A DNA stretch of 64,000 bases from Chloroflexota bacterium. Its GTDB lineage: Bacteria > Chloroflexota > Dehalococcoidia > Lucifugimonadales > JADFKI01. The DNA is taken from NCBI GenBank assembly GCA_027623195.1, contig JAQBUT010000013.1, forward strand, positions 1-64,000. The letters run 5' to 3'. Below, in pieces: positions 28,211 to 38,007 of the stretch. Under the pieces are notes generated by a model, which worked only from the letters and a program-made list of their open reading frames with translations, was not told where the DNA came from and did no database searches. Both the position numbers and the translations under genes were made by a program. Each line of letters opens with the position of its first letter. Within the stretch, counting starts at the first letter, position 1.

Positions 28211-29137
28211 TTACAGTGAGACTACGCTCCTGAAAATCATGACAGAACTCATCAGCGCGAACATGAGCAACAGCGCGATTTTTAGCGTGCGCTCGGGGCA
28301 GCGGGCCGAGATGTGTGGTGCGATCTGACCGCCTATTATCACGCCAGGAACCGCCAGTATGACCAGCGTCCACTCGAAGGCTACGGTGCTGCCAGAGACG
28401 CTGGCCACCACCAGATGCGTCAGCGATCCGGCCAGTACTGTCGCCGAGACCACGATTACGGTTGTGGCTACGGCAACCCTGGCTGGCATGTCGTGCCGAA
28501 CAATTAGCGTCGTGGTGACTATCGCCCCGACGCCCACGCCTATGAGGCCCACCAGCGCTCCGCCAGCCCCGGTGTAGGCACGGTCCCGCCAATTGAATCG
28601 GGCGAGGTAGCTGTACTTGCGACCGTCCCGGGCCATGATTTCGGAATTCGCATTTTCGCGAGAAGCTAACGGGGAGGCGACCGTTGAGGCTACGCCGGGG
28701 CGATTGATGTTTCGTTCGGTCCCGCGACGAACAATGATCGATCTGAGAACTGTAAACGCCAGCAGAAGCAGCACCGAGCCGAAGACTATGAAAAGCAGCC
28801 ATGAAGGGATCAGGAATGACACGGACCTGGCTAAGATGGCGCATGGAATCGTGATGATCAGCAGCCTCGCCGCCAGACGAAAATCCACCACGCGCTGGCG
28901 GACATATCCCATGCTGGCGCTGGCGGTGCCGAAGAACATGATGAGCAGGGAAACGCCGATGGCTTCGTTGGGCGTTAGCTGAGGGAAGGTGCCGCTTAAC
29001 GCAGGAAACAGCAGCAGGAAGGCTGGCGCGAACATGACTGCGCCTTCCATGGCCAGTGTGTTGGCGGTGATAGCGATGCCCAGGGATGCAGGCAGCACCC
29101 ACCAGATGGCCAGTACGTTCGAGGTAAAATCGCCCAT
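28211..29137 (-). CDS. Sulfite exporter TauE/SafE (TSUP) family membrane protein
   Basis: Two hydrophobic repeats, AIGVSL, GLIGVGVG, AVATT, GGQIA. Confidence 0.8.
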   Translation of the reverse strand: MGDFTSNVLAIWWVLPASLGIAITANTLAMEGAVMFAPAFLLLFPALSGTFPQLTPNEAIGVSLLIMFFGTASASMGYVRQRVVDFRLAARLLIITIPCAILARSVSFLIPSWLLFIVFGSVLLLLAFTVLRSIIVRRGTERNINRPGVASTVASPLASRENANSEIMARDGRKYSYLARFNWRDRAYTGAGGALVGLIGVGVGAIVTTTLIVRHDMPARVAVATTVIVVSATVLAGSLTHLVVASVSGSTVAFEWTLVILAVPGVIIGGQIAPHISARCPERTLKIALLLMFALMSSVMIFRSVVSL

Positions 29138-29296
29138 TGGCGGCTACTGCACTTCATTGGTTACAGGATTCGATGGACCGACGTCTGCGGCATTATCGAC
29201 GGTTGAGACCTTCGGGGGCAAGTCTGGCCACGCCGGTGCTCGGCCTATCGGCTCAGATGCGCCTGTCGAAAAATGGATTCCTTTAGAGGTGGAAGG

Positions 29297-29596
29297 TTAT
29301 TTGAGGTCCGCGATGGTAACGCCGCCGTTGCCCTCACTGGGTGCCGCCGGATGGTGTCGAACGACCAGTGGGTGCTTGGTCAGGAAATCACGGACGGCCT
29401 CCCGCATAGTTCCCGTGCCTTTGCCGTGGATGACCCGAACCCAGGGGTAGCCCGCAATCACGGCGTCGTTCAGGTACCTGTCCAGCTTTTCCAGGGCCTG
29501 GCGAACGGGCATGCGGCGTAGATGAACCTCGGTCTCCACCGAGAGTTGGCTTAGTAAACGGGACTGTGGCTGGTCTTTCCTTGGCTTGGGATTCAT
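29297..29596 (-). CDS. Stand-alone Smr (MutS2 C-terminal-like) domain protein
   Basis: EVHLRRM..ALEKLDRYLNDA..VRVIHGKGTG..EGNGGVT; ATGA overlap with the selA stop. Confidence 0.88.
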   Translation of the reverse strand: MNPKPRKDQPQSRLLSQLSVETEVHLRRMPVRQALEKLDRYLNDAVIAGYPWVRVIHGKGTGTMREAVRDFLTKHPLVVRHHPAAPSEGNGGVTIADLK

Positions 29597-30996
29597 GAGC
29601 CAACCAGCGCATTGGAGACGACCGCAAGCAGGGCGTCTTCCTCCTCGGGCAGGACAGTTCGAGGGTCTAGCAGCACGCGCTCGTCCTCGATGCGGCCAAT
29701 TACCGGGGTGTCGCCCTCTCGCAAAGCCTTGGCCAGAGCCTCAGCGCCGCCAGTCCTGTTGCGACAGTCGATCGCCAACGCCCATGAGTCGATGGTCTCT
29801 CCCGGCAGGCTGCCCCCGCCTATGGTGGACATGGCCTTTTCTACGGATGCGGCACCGCCTATTCTGGCCTGCCAGCGCTCAGCTTTGGCAGCGGCCTCGC
29901 TCTCTGACATGGAGATCATTCGCCAGATGGGCACCTTATCCACTGCCTCGCCCTTGATGTAGTGGAGGACTGTCGCCGCCAGGGCCGCCATGCTCATCTT
30001 GTCGATGCGCACCGCTCGGGCCAGCGGGTGCCGCGCCACGATGTCTATAAGCTCGCGCTTCCCCGCGATGATGCCCGCCTGAGGGCCACCAAGCAGCTTG
30101 TCGCCTGAGAAGAAGCCCAGCCCGACGCCCGCCTGAACGCTCTCCTGGGGCATAGGCTCGTGGGCAATGCCGTATGCCGCCGTGTCCAGCAGGCAACCGC
30201 TGCCAAGGTCGTGCAGCACAGTGACACCACGTTGTGCGCCTAGCTCTACTAACTCGGCTAACTCAGGCGCGTGGGTGAAGCCCATGACACGAAAATTGCT
30301 TGCGTGAACGGCCAGTATCGCGCCGGTGTTCTCCGTGATTGCAGCCTCGAAGTCGCGGGCGTAGGTGCGGTTGGTGGTGCCAACCTCGACTAGCGTAGCG
30401 CCGCTCTGACGCAGCACGTCCGGAACGCGAAAGCCGCCGCCGATCTCCACAGCCTCGCCCCGCGAGACTATGACCTCCTTGCCAACGGCCAGCGCCGCCA
30501 GCCCCAGCATGAGAGCGGAGGCGTTGTTGTTTACCACTAGGGCTGCCTCGGCGCCCGTGACCTCTGCCATCAGGTTGGATATGTGCGCCTGCCGGGAGCC
30601 GCGCCTGCCGGTATTCAGGTCCAATTCCAGGTCGCTATAGCCCAGGGCTGCGCGTCGGGCGGCGTCGGTGGCCTCCTGGCTCAATGGAGCGCGTCCCAGG
30701 TTTGTGTGCAGTATGACGCCAGTGGCGTTAATGACGTGGGTGGGCCACTCTCGCCAGTTGGTCTCGGCGCTCTCCTCGATGGCCTGCACCAGCCTGTCGA
30801 AGTCTGGCGCAGCGTACCCATCAAGGATAGTCTGGCGGGCTGCGTCGATTTCCGAGCGCACAAGGTCTACCACGACCTTTCGGGAGTATTTTTGGACCAG
30901 CATTTCCACGCGGTCGTCGGAGAGGACTTTTTCGACGCTGGGAAGAGACTTAAATTTTGAGGTCATCTTTTGAGGTCTCGAGCTTTCTGAATTCAT
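29593..30996 (-). CDS. selA: L-seryl-tRNA(Sec) selenium transferase (alternative start 30966)
   Basis: SLPSV, VINATGVILHTNLGRAPL, VNNNA, VSRGE.VEIGG.FR, EVGTTNRT, DLGSG, FSGDKLLGGPQAG. Confidence 0.96.
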   Translation of the reverse strand: MNSESSRPQKMTSKFKSLPSVEKVLSDDRVEMLVQKYSRKVVVDLVRSEIDAARQTILDGYAAPDFDRLVQAIEESAETNWREWPTHVINATGVILHTNLGRAPLSQEATDAARRAALGYSDLELDLNTGRRGSRQAHISNLMAEVTGAEAALVVNNNASALMLGLAALAVGKEVIVSRGEAVEIGGGFRVPDVLRQSGATLVEVGTTNRTYARDFEAAITENTGAILAVHASNFRVMGFTHAPELAELVELGAQRGVTVLHDLGSGCLLDTAAYGIAHEPMPQESVQAGVGLGFFSGDKLLGGPQAGIIAGKRELIDIVARHPLARAVRIDKMSMAALAATVLHYIKGEAVDKVPIWRMISMSESEAAAKAERWQARIGGAASVEKAMSTIGGGSLPGETIDSWALAIDCRNRTGGAEALAKALREGDTPVIGRIEDERVLLDPRTVLPEEEDALLAVVSNALVGS

Positions 30997-31085
30997 ATTG
31001 CTGCTCTCCCTATTATAACCCTGTCTCCTCAATTCACCTTCGCCACTATTTACGTAAGTGACCAACAGCGTAAACATCAGTTGTG

Positions 31086-31114
31086 TTGACCCTATTTCGG
31101 CTGCTTGATAGAAT
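31086..31114 (+). promoter_or_regulatory. Sigma70-like promoter of the coaE operon
   Basis: TTGACC-17 nt-TAGAAT, 30 nt upstream of coaE. Confidence 0.7.
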
Positions 31115-31143
31115 GGGTTGAATTTGCCCAATGACAGGAATTT

Positions 31144-31764
31144 ATGTTCGTAATCGGATTAACAGGAGGCATTGGGACAGGCAAAACTCAGGTATCTGAA
31201 ATGCTGGAGAAGCTGGGTGCGGCCATAGTCAATGCCGACCTTTTGGGTCATCAGGTGTACTTGCCGCAATCAGAGGGCTGGCGTGAGGTGGTAGACACCT
31301 TCGGCCAGGAGATCTTGACCCCCGAGGGTGAGATAGATCGAAGGAAACTGGGGCCCATTGTTTTTGGCGACCCAGAGGCCCTCAACAAGCTTAACGCCAT
31401 TACGCATCCTAAAATCCACGGACTGGCTGAGGATAGCCTTAGGAGGCTGGCCGAACAGGGCAGGGAGGTGGCGGTTCTGGAAGCAGCCCTGCTAATCGAG
31501 GCTAAGTGGACAGGCCTGGTGGATGAGGTCTGGGTGACCACCGCCCCAGTGCAGGATGTGGTCAGGAGAATACAAGAGCGAAACGGCTTGGATGAAGAGG
31601 CTATACGCTCTAGAATTTCTTCTCAGATGCCCCAGGAAGAACGAGTAACCCACGCCGACGTAATCGTAGAGAACGCTGGCGATCTTATCGAGCTAGGGAA
31701 CAAAATTCAAGAACTGTGGGACCGCAGAGTTGCGACTCATAAGGAGAGTAGACGTAAGAGATGA
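31144..31764 (+). CDS. coaE: Dephospho-CoA kinase
   Basis: [41 protein letters not shown]. Confidence 0.95.
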   Translation: MFVIGLTGGIGTGKTQVSEMLEKLGAAIVNADLLGHQVYLPQSEGWREVVDTFGQEILTPEGEIDRRKLGPIVFGDPEALNKLNAITHPKIHGLAEDSLRRLAEQGREVAVLEAALLIEAKWTGLVDEVWVTTAPVQDVVRRIQERNGLDEEAIRSRISSQMPQEERVTHADVIVENAGDLIELGNKIQELWDRRVATHKESRRKR

Positions 31765-32651
31765 CTCAGAGTACGACAACACTTTTTCGCAGCTACCTCA
31801 TCGAAGAGTATCACCTAACGGAAGAGCCATACTACAAGCCCGTCGGCGACGAGATAGAGCTTTTCGAGGCTGCATATAAACAGAAGATTCCCCTGATATT
31901 TAAGGGCCCCACGGGCTGCGGTAAGACGCGATTCGTAGAATATATGTCCTACAGGTTGGGCCAGACTTTAACCAAGGTTAAGCAGACTGGAGACGATGGG
32001 GCGCCTCGCGCCGGTAACATACCGCTGGTCACCATTGCCTGCCACGAAGACCTGACTTCCAGCGACCTCGTGGGCCGTTACCTGTTGGAGGGCGACTCCA
32101 CAGTATGGATCGACGGGCCACTAACGCGTGCGGTCAAGGTTGGCGGCATCTGCTACCTGGATGAAATTGTAGAGGCCAGGAAGGACACCACCGTCCTGAT
32201 CCACCCTCTAACGGACCACAGGCGCATTCTTCCCGTGGAGAAGAAAGGGGAGTTGCTGGAGGCCGCTGAAGGCTTCCTGCTGATTCTGTCTTATAACCCT
32301 GGTTACCAGAGCGCACTGAAGGACCTGAAGCACAGCACGCGCCAGCGTTTCGTTTCCATTGAGTTCGACTACCCGCCCCGAGATATCGAGGCGGAGATCG
32401 TCGAGCACGAGTCTGGCGTGGACAAAGACATGGCTATGCAACTAGCCAAGCTGGGCGAGAAGGTGCGTAACCTTAGAGAGCATGGTCTCGGCGAGGGCGC
32501 CAGCACGCGCCTGCTTATCTACGCGGGCAAGCTCATCTCACAGGGCATTGCCCCACGGCGGGCCTGCCAGGTGGCCGTGAACTGGGCAGTGACCGACGAT
32601 CCTTCCGTACAGAAGAGCATCGAAGAGTTGATCGGCAGTATTTTCGAATAA
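31761..32651 (+). CDS. CbbQ/NirQ/NorQ-type MoxR AAA+ ATPase
   Basis: [56 protein letters not shown]. Confidence 0.93.
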   Translation: MTQSTTTLFRSYLIEEYHLTEEPYYKPVGDEIELFEAAYKQKIPLIFKGPTGCGKTRFVEYMSYRLGQTLTKVKQTGDDGAPRAGNIPLVTIACHEDLTSSDLVGRYLLEGDSTVWIDGPLTRAVKVGGICYLDEIVEARKDTTVLIHPLTDHRRILPVEKKGELLEAAEGFLLILSYNPGYQSALKDLKHSTRQRFVSIEFDYPPRDIEAEIVEHESGVDKDMAMQLAKLGEKVRNLREHGLGEGASTRLLIYAGKLISQGIAPRRACQVAVNWAVTDDPSVQKSIEELIGSIFE

Positions 32652-32659
32652 GAACGTTA

Positions 32660-32721
32660 ACAGGGGACATTGAGGATTGGCGTTGCGGGCTTGCTCGGCA
32701 CCCCGATCCTCAGTGCCCTGT
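32660..32721 (+). other. Long intergenic stem-loop within the operon (no U-tract)
   Basis: CATTGAGGATTGG pairs with CCGATCCTCAGTG (13 bp including G-U), extended by ACAGGG/CCCTGT. Confidence 0.7.
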
Positions 32722-32740
32722 CAGCGTCAACCATTGAAAG

Positions 32741-33367
32741 GTGAAATCGTCTGTGACAGGGCAACCAGTACCGGACCTCATACGACGCATCCTTTCTGAG
32801 AATCCTCACAAGTCCTTAAGTGATCCCTCTCTCACTCCAGCCGGGGTGACGCTTCTGCTCTACCCCAAAGACGGCCTGCACTGCGTCCTTTTGCAAAAAA
32901 GGTCCCAGTTGGTGGAGCACCACAAGGGGGAAATCTCCTTTCCAGGTGGCATGAAGGACGCAACCGATGTGGACCTCCAATACACGGCCCTGCGAGAGGC
33001 TCACGAAGAGATGGGTATTCTCCCCGAGCACATAGAGGTGCTAGGCCAGGTGGACGATGTATCCACGATCTCTAATTTCGTCGTAAGTACGTTTGTGGGG
33101 ACAATACCGTATCCCTACGAGTTCACGACCAGCGATGTAGAGGTAGCCGAGGTTCTGGAAGTCCCGCTGAATAACCTGATGGATAGGGCTAACAGGCGTG
33201 ACGAAGTACGTCTAGTAAATGGTAAACTAAACTATGCTCCGGTTTTCGCCCATCAAGGGCACATAATATTTGGGGCAACCGCTAAAATTTTGGACCAGTT
33301 CCTAGCATTGCTGGAGAACGCTCCCCATAAGGAGGCCCCGTGGCTGAAACATCAGCTCCCAAGATAG
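32741..33367 (+). CDS. Nudix CoA pyrophosphatase (NudL/PCD1-like)
   Basis: LQKRS..HKGEISFPGG (NuCoA motif), TALREAHEEMG, EVAEVLEVPL, IFGATA. Confidence 0.88.
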   Translation: MKSSVTGQPVPDLIRRILSENPHKSLSDPSLTPAGVTLLLYPKDGLHCVLLQKRSQLVEHHKGEISFPGGMKDATDVDLQYTALREAHEEMGILPEHIEVLGQVDDVSTISNFVVSTFVGTIPYPYEFTTSDVEVAEVLEVPLNNLMDRANRRDEVRLVNGKLNYAPVFAHQGHIIFGATAKILDQFLALLENAPHKEAPWLKHQLPR

Positions 33368-36300
33368 AAGAAATAAGGGCTGAACTGGCGAAATTTCCCT
33401 CCTCCGTTCTGGAAGAGTTCGAAAAGGCGCTTTTGAAGATGCCCGATAACCTCACTGAGCCGCAGCTAGCGGACTGGGCGGGCGCAGGACGGGACCTTGC
33501 TCAAAAGACGGTTCGCTCCTGGGAGGCATCTGCTCAGTATTTCAAGGTGAGTCCATCGGTTCTGGGCTTTATGCCGCTGAACTACTTCTTCAAGTGGACA
33601 GACTGTGGTCAGGCCTTGTGCGCGGAGTCGCCAACACTGGCCGCTGCGTTCTTCGAGGCCAGCCCCGGCACTATGAGCAAATTGCGGTCCCGCCACATCG
33701 AGAGTTGGTCGGGGCTCGGTCGAAGCCTTTATAAAGGAACTTGGAAGTCCAGCACATTGGCCTGCAAGTTCTTTCAGTCCAGTCCCGTTCTACTGGAACA
33801 CCTGAGCTTTCCAGAGCTGGAGCGCTTTGCTTCGTTCCTGGACTCTCTGTCTCACCGCTCATATGATCTTGCATCCGAGTGCCTGACGCTGGGCCAGGGG
33901 ATATTCCCGCTTATTGGCGAGGACCGAGCGGCGTTCATATCGCTGGCCTCCACGCTGGTGGAAACCGGATGGCGCGAGGTCAAGAGCTTCTTCGAGGCGG
34001 GTTCACGAGCGCTACCCCGCGTAGAGAGTGGGCAGCGCCTGCGCTTCCTTAAAATGGCGGAGCAGCTAGTCAAGAACGGCGGCACGAATATCCCTGGCGT
34101 CATGTTGGAAATATCCAAAGCCCTGTCTCAGATAGAGCCTCACCAGCATGCCCATATATTGGGATTGGGTGAGGCGCTGATGGTGCATTCGGCCCTTGCG
34201 GTCCCCGAGTTCATCAAAGCCTGCCCCCAGGCCCTGGAAAAAGTAACCATGTCTCAGTTGGAGAAGTGGTTCTCCGAAGGGGTGGGGATTTTGGAGCAGA
34301 ACCAGGACGGTGGTTTGGCCTACTTCAAGATGGAGTCTGCCCGTTCAGAAGAGATTCTGGAAGGGCTCTCCTCAGGTGTTGAATACGGTCGCATCAAGGA
34401 CGTGATGGAGATGTACTGCCGTGCCATGGCGGGCGCTGACATAAAGCTTGCCGAGGCCGTTGACCTGGTAGAAAAGAACATAGGTTGGGTCTCCAATGAG
34501 GCTCCCTCCACTGAGGGCACCACGGTGTTTGTGCCTTCCCTGGTGGATAAGTACGGTTCCAAATCCGACAACTTCTCCTGGTACAAGGTCGTATCCACGC
34601 ACCAGGTAGCGCATATCGAGTTTGGTAGCTTTATTTTCGATTTTGATACGCCGTCTATTTTCTTTACGGACCGACGACAGGAGCTGGAGCAGCAGAAGGT
34701 ACAGATGCCTGAAGGTTCCCGCCAGGAAATGCCTGAGGTGGATTCAGAGAGCGTCGAGCATGCGTGGGTGACGGATGCGCAACGCTTTTTTGACCTGTTC
34801 GAAGATAGGAAGCTGGCACTGGACATCTACACGGTCGTGGAAGACGCACGTCTGGATGCCAGGGTTAAGGTCGAGTATCCGGGCATACGCTTGGGGTACG
34901 ACCTGATTCAAACCAGTTCCCTTCACGAGCGCCCGGAGATTACCGATATGCCCGTAAGGGAGGCGCTGGTAGAATTTCTCGTGCGCCTGAGTCTGAACCA
35001 GTACAACGGGATACCTGCCCCGGAGCAGTTCGTGGACGAGGCGAAAGAGGTGGGCCGAATAATGCAGCAGGTGCTCAGGCCCGAAGCAACCATACAGGAT
35101 ACGGCGGAGGCTTCGCTGCGAATTTACGCTATTATCGCCCAGATTCCCAACGAGGAGGTCCCTACGGAGGACTGGGAAGATGTCGATATGGACGATACCC
35201 AGAACGAGGAGTATCAGGACCCCGACGATATGGAGCAGCTCCTGCAGCAGATCTCTATGGGCATGGAAATGGAGATGAGGCCCGACAGCGAGCAGGAGTA
35301 CGACTCGACTGAAAACGTCGAGTTTAGGGGCGACTTCAAGCCCGAGCTGGTCCAAATGCTGACCGAGCTTCGCAGGCAGCAAAAGGAGGGTGGTTCCACC
35401 GACGGAGAGCCGATCTCCCAGGAACAACTGGAGGAACTACTGAAGAACAGTGCAGAGTTGGAACTCCAGGCAACCCAGGGTGAGCTTCAGGAGTCCAGCA
35501 ATATGATGGCCAACAACCTGATGAAAGAGGCCGGCCTAGACATGCCTCAGTCGCCTGAGTACGGCAAGGGGCCACTGGTGCATGTGGATGAGGACGGTGG
35601 CGCGTTGGAGGCAAACGAGCCACAGACCTTTGTTTACGACGAGTGGGACTTCCGTGCGGATGATTACAAGCCTCGCTGGTGCATCGTCCGTCAGAAGACG
35701 ATGGCAGAGGGCGATCCCACCTACTACAGTTCGACTCTGACCAATTACGGTGGCCTTGTCACGCAGATCCGACGTCAGTTCGAGATGATGGTGCCGGAGA
35801 ATTTCCAGAAGGTTCGCAAGCTGGAAGATGGCGAGGAGATAGACATCGACGACCTCATAGAGGCGGTGGTGGACAGGAAGACTGGCGCCAGCCCTAGCGA
35901 TAAGTTCTACTGGCGGCGGAACAAGGTCCAGCGCGATGTGGCGGTGGCTTTCCTTCTGGACACCAGCGCATCGACAGCGGAGGCTATAGACGACGCCAAG
36001 AAGTCGCCTGACGACTGGGATGCCCCGGACGACCCCGTCGAGTACATGGTCTGGCTCAGGACTCGCCGAGGAGAGGCGATGCGTCGCTCCTACAAGCGCA
36101 TCATCGACGTCGAGAAGGAGGCGATTGTTCTTCTAATCAACGCCTTGGAGGCCATCGGCGACCTGTACGGCATATACGGGTTCAGCGGTTACGGTCGGGA
36201 GAACGTGGAGTTCTACACGATCAAGGACCTGGACGAAAACTTCTCAGAGAGAGTGAAGAAGCGCATCGACAGGGTTGCGCCGCTACATGCCACCCGCATG

Positions 36301-36621
36301 GGCCCAGCCATTCGGCATACAACGTACAAGCTGGACAAGCAGGACGCGCGGACCAAGTTGATGTTCCTGATTAGCGATGGTCGTCCCCAGGACAGGGGCT
36401 ACAGCCGTGAGGGCGTGGAGAAGGAATACGCAGTCCACGACACCAAGATGGCTCTGGACGAGGCAAAGGCTAAAGGTATTCAGTCCTTCGCGCTGACAGT
36501 GGACAAGAATGGCCACGACTACCTAAAGAATATGTGTGATGATATGGGCTACGAGGTATTGGACGACATCTACGAGTTGCCGTCCCGCCTGCTGTACCTG
36601 TATAAGAAGCTGACGATGTAG
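33340..36621 (+). CDS. Large NorD/CbbO-like vWA protein with helical-repeat N-terminus
   Basis: HQVAH, EDARLD, YDEWDF, LEDGEEIDID, MIDAS DTSAS..TRMGPAIRH..ISDGRPQD; SD AAGGAGG. Confidence 0.88.
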   Translation: MAETSAPKIEEIRAELAKFPSSVLEEFEKALLKMPDNLTEPQLADWAGAGRDLAQKTVRSWEASAQYFKVSPSVLGFMPLNYFFKWTDCGQALCAESPTLAAAFFEASPGTMSKLRSRHIESWSGLGRSLYKGTWKSSTLACKFFQSSPVLLEHLSFPELERFASFLDSLSHRSYDLASECLTLGQGIFPLIGEDRAAFISLASTLVETGWREVKSFFEAGSRALPRVESGQRLRFLKMAEQLVKNGGTNIPGVMLEISKALSQIEPHQHAHILGLGEALMVHSALAVPEFIKACPQALEKVTMSQLEKWFSEGVGILEQNQDGGLAYFKMESARSEEILEGLSSGVEYGRIKDVMEMYCRAMAGADIKLAEAVDLVEKNIGWVSNEAPSTEGTTVFVPSLVDKYGSKSDNFSWYKVVSTHQVAHIEFGSFIFDFDTPSIFFTDRRQELEQQKVQMPEGSRQEMPEVDSESVEHAWVTDAQRFFDLFEDRKLALDIYTVVEDARLDARVKVEYPGIRLGYDLIQTSSLHERPEITDMPVREALVEFLVRLSLNQYNGIPAPEQFVDEAKEVGRIMQQVLRPEATIQDTAEASLRIYAIIAQIPNEEVPTEDWEDVDMDDTQNEEYQDPDDMEQLLQQISMGMEMEMRPDSEQEYDSTENVEFRGDFKPELVQMLTELRRQQKEGGSTDGEPISQEQLEELLKNSAELELQATQGELQESSNMMANNLMKEAGLDMPQSPEYGKGPLVHVDEDGGALEANEPQTFVYDEWDFRADDYKPRWCIVRQKTMAEGDPTYYSSTLTNYGGLVTQIRRQFEMMVPENFQKVRKLEDGEEIDIDDLIEAVVDRKTGASPSDKFYWRRNKVQRDVAVAFLLDTSASTAEAIDDAKKSPDDWDAPDDPVEYMVWLRTRRGEAMRRSYKRIIDVEKEAIVLLINALEAIGDLYGIYGFSGYGRENVEFYTIKDLDENFSERVKKRIDRVAPLHATRMGPAIRHTTYKLDKQDARTKLMFLISDGRPQDRGYSREGVEKEYAVHDTKMALDEAKAKGIQSFALTVDKNGHDYLKNMCDDMGYEVLDDIYELPSRLLYLYKKLTM

Positions 36622-36651
36622 GGCGGTTCGCTGAATATTAGGAAACTGGAC

Positions 36652-36686
36652 AAAAAAGGAGTCGCCTGAAGGCGACTCCTTTTTTT
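36652..36686 (+). terminator. Intrinsic terminator
   Basis: AAAAAAGGAGTCGCC-TGAA-GGCGACTCCTTTTTTT. Confidence 0.92.
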
Positions 36687-36892
36687 CTTATAGTGCAGCG
36701 TCGTTCGGGATTCCAGCGCTTAGCAAGCGAAGCAAACCATATTCAACAAATCATGTTAAGTCATCGAAATATAGCTAAACTTATGCTGAAAGCGTAATAT
36801 AATTACGAGGAATGGGTGTTGGGTAAAGAGAGGGCACTTCAACGAGCTTCAATCGCGCGTATTGCCAACGAGATTCGCAAAGGGGGTAGCAA

Positions 36893-37957
36893 ATGTCGTT
36901 AAAGGTTGGAAACCTAGAACTGTTCATGGGGCCTAAACAGGCCGGAGGGCCAGACGATCTTGAGAAGGTTATCGTCGACTTCATTTCCAAGGCGACCAGG
37001 CGTCTGGATATAGCGGTGCAGGAGTTGGATTCCAGGCCCATAGCGGACGCCATCATCGCAGCCCGCCAACGAAAGGTGACCGTTCGCCTGGTTTTGGAAG
37101 GCGATTACCTTTCATCCACAAGGCGGCGCTCGGACCCTTACGTGGCCGGGGGACCCCACGAACCCAATCGCGAGATACATGCAGCGATGTTGAGGACGGC
37201 CATCAATGTAAAGTCGGACTACAACCCACATATATTCCATCAAAAGTTCATTGTTAGGGATAATGAGACCGTCCTGACAGGCTCAACAAATTTCACTCAA
37301 ACGGGAGTGTCCAGCAACCTTAACAACGTGGTGATAATTCAGGACACGGATATCGCTAAGATTTACGGCCGCGAGTTTCGAGAAATTATGCAGGGGCACT
37401 TCGGGAATCTCAACGAAGGTCACGACGCAAAGCCGCCGGAAAAGACAGTCTCCGGAATTCCATTAAAAGTATTGTTCGCCCCCGACCACGCCCCAGAGAT
37501 GGAGATCATGAAGCAGATGCTTAAGGCCAAAAATCGCATCGACTTCGCGGTGTTTACTTTCGCTGAGTCATCGGGAATCGATGATGCAATGCTCAGCGTG
37601 GCGGCTGGAGGGATAAAGATAAGAGGAGCCTTGGACGGCCTAAGCTCCAACAGTAAATGGGCGGCCACACATGGTCTGGCGGGTAAGGCCAACATCGAAC
37701 TTTTCAACGTTCGGAAGCAGACCACCGTTAACAAGCTGCACCATAAGCTTATGGTCATTGATGAGCGTGTGGTGATAGTCGGTAGCTTCAACTATACGGG
37801 GCAAGCTAACAGATTGAACGACGAGAATATTATCGTCTTGGGAGACTTGCGAGATGACGTATCTCAAACGTCCAAGAATAACCAGGAAAAAGTGGGGAAA
37901 TTTGCCTTGGACGAAATAGACCGTATCGTTCAGCAATTTGGCAGCGCCATAATTTAG
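36893..37957 (+). CDS. Phospholipase D superfamily protein with two HKD motifs (Nuc-like)
   Basis: HQKFIVRD..TGSTNFT and HHKLMVID..GSFNYT..NDEN; no signal peptide. Confidence 0.85.
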   Translation: MSLKVGNLELFMGPKQAGGPDDLEKVIVDFISKATRRLDIAVQELDSRPIADAIIAARQRKVTVRLVLEGDYLSSTRRRSDPYVAGGPHEPNREIHAAMLRTAINVKSDYNPHIFHQKFIVRDNETVLTGSTNFTQTGVSSNLNNVVIIQDTDIAKIYGREFREIMQGHFGNLNEGHDAKPPEKTVSGIPLKVLFAPDHAPEMEIMKQMLKAKNRIDFAVFTFAESSGIDDAMLSVAAGGIKIRGALDGLSSNSKWAATHGLAGKANIELFNVRKQTTVNKLHHKLMVIDERVVIVGSFNYTGQANRLNDENIIVLGDLRDDVSQTSKNNQEKVGKFALDEIDRIVQQFGSAII

Positions 37958-38007
37958 CCAATGGCCGAGACAAGGAGTTTCGGACGAGAGCTGTCCGCCA
38001 TTCAGCC

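Noticed and set aside
28095..29102. 336-codon N-terminal extension of the rarA ORF (780 aa in the track)
   Set aside because: It overlaps the TauE gene in another frame and is low-complexity Arg/His/Ser-rich text. RarA homology starts at MTLFE (28094).
30997..31131. Longer selA start at 31131 given by the ORF track
   Set aside because: It overlaps the divergent coaE promoter. SelA similarity begins near KSLPSV, so 30996 or 30966 is more plausible.
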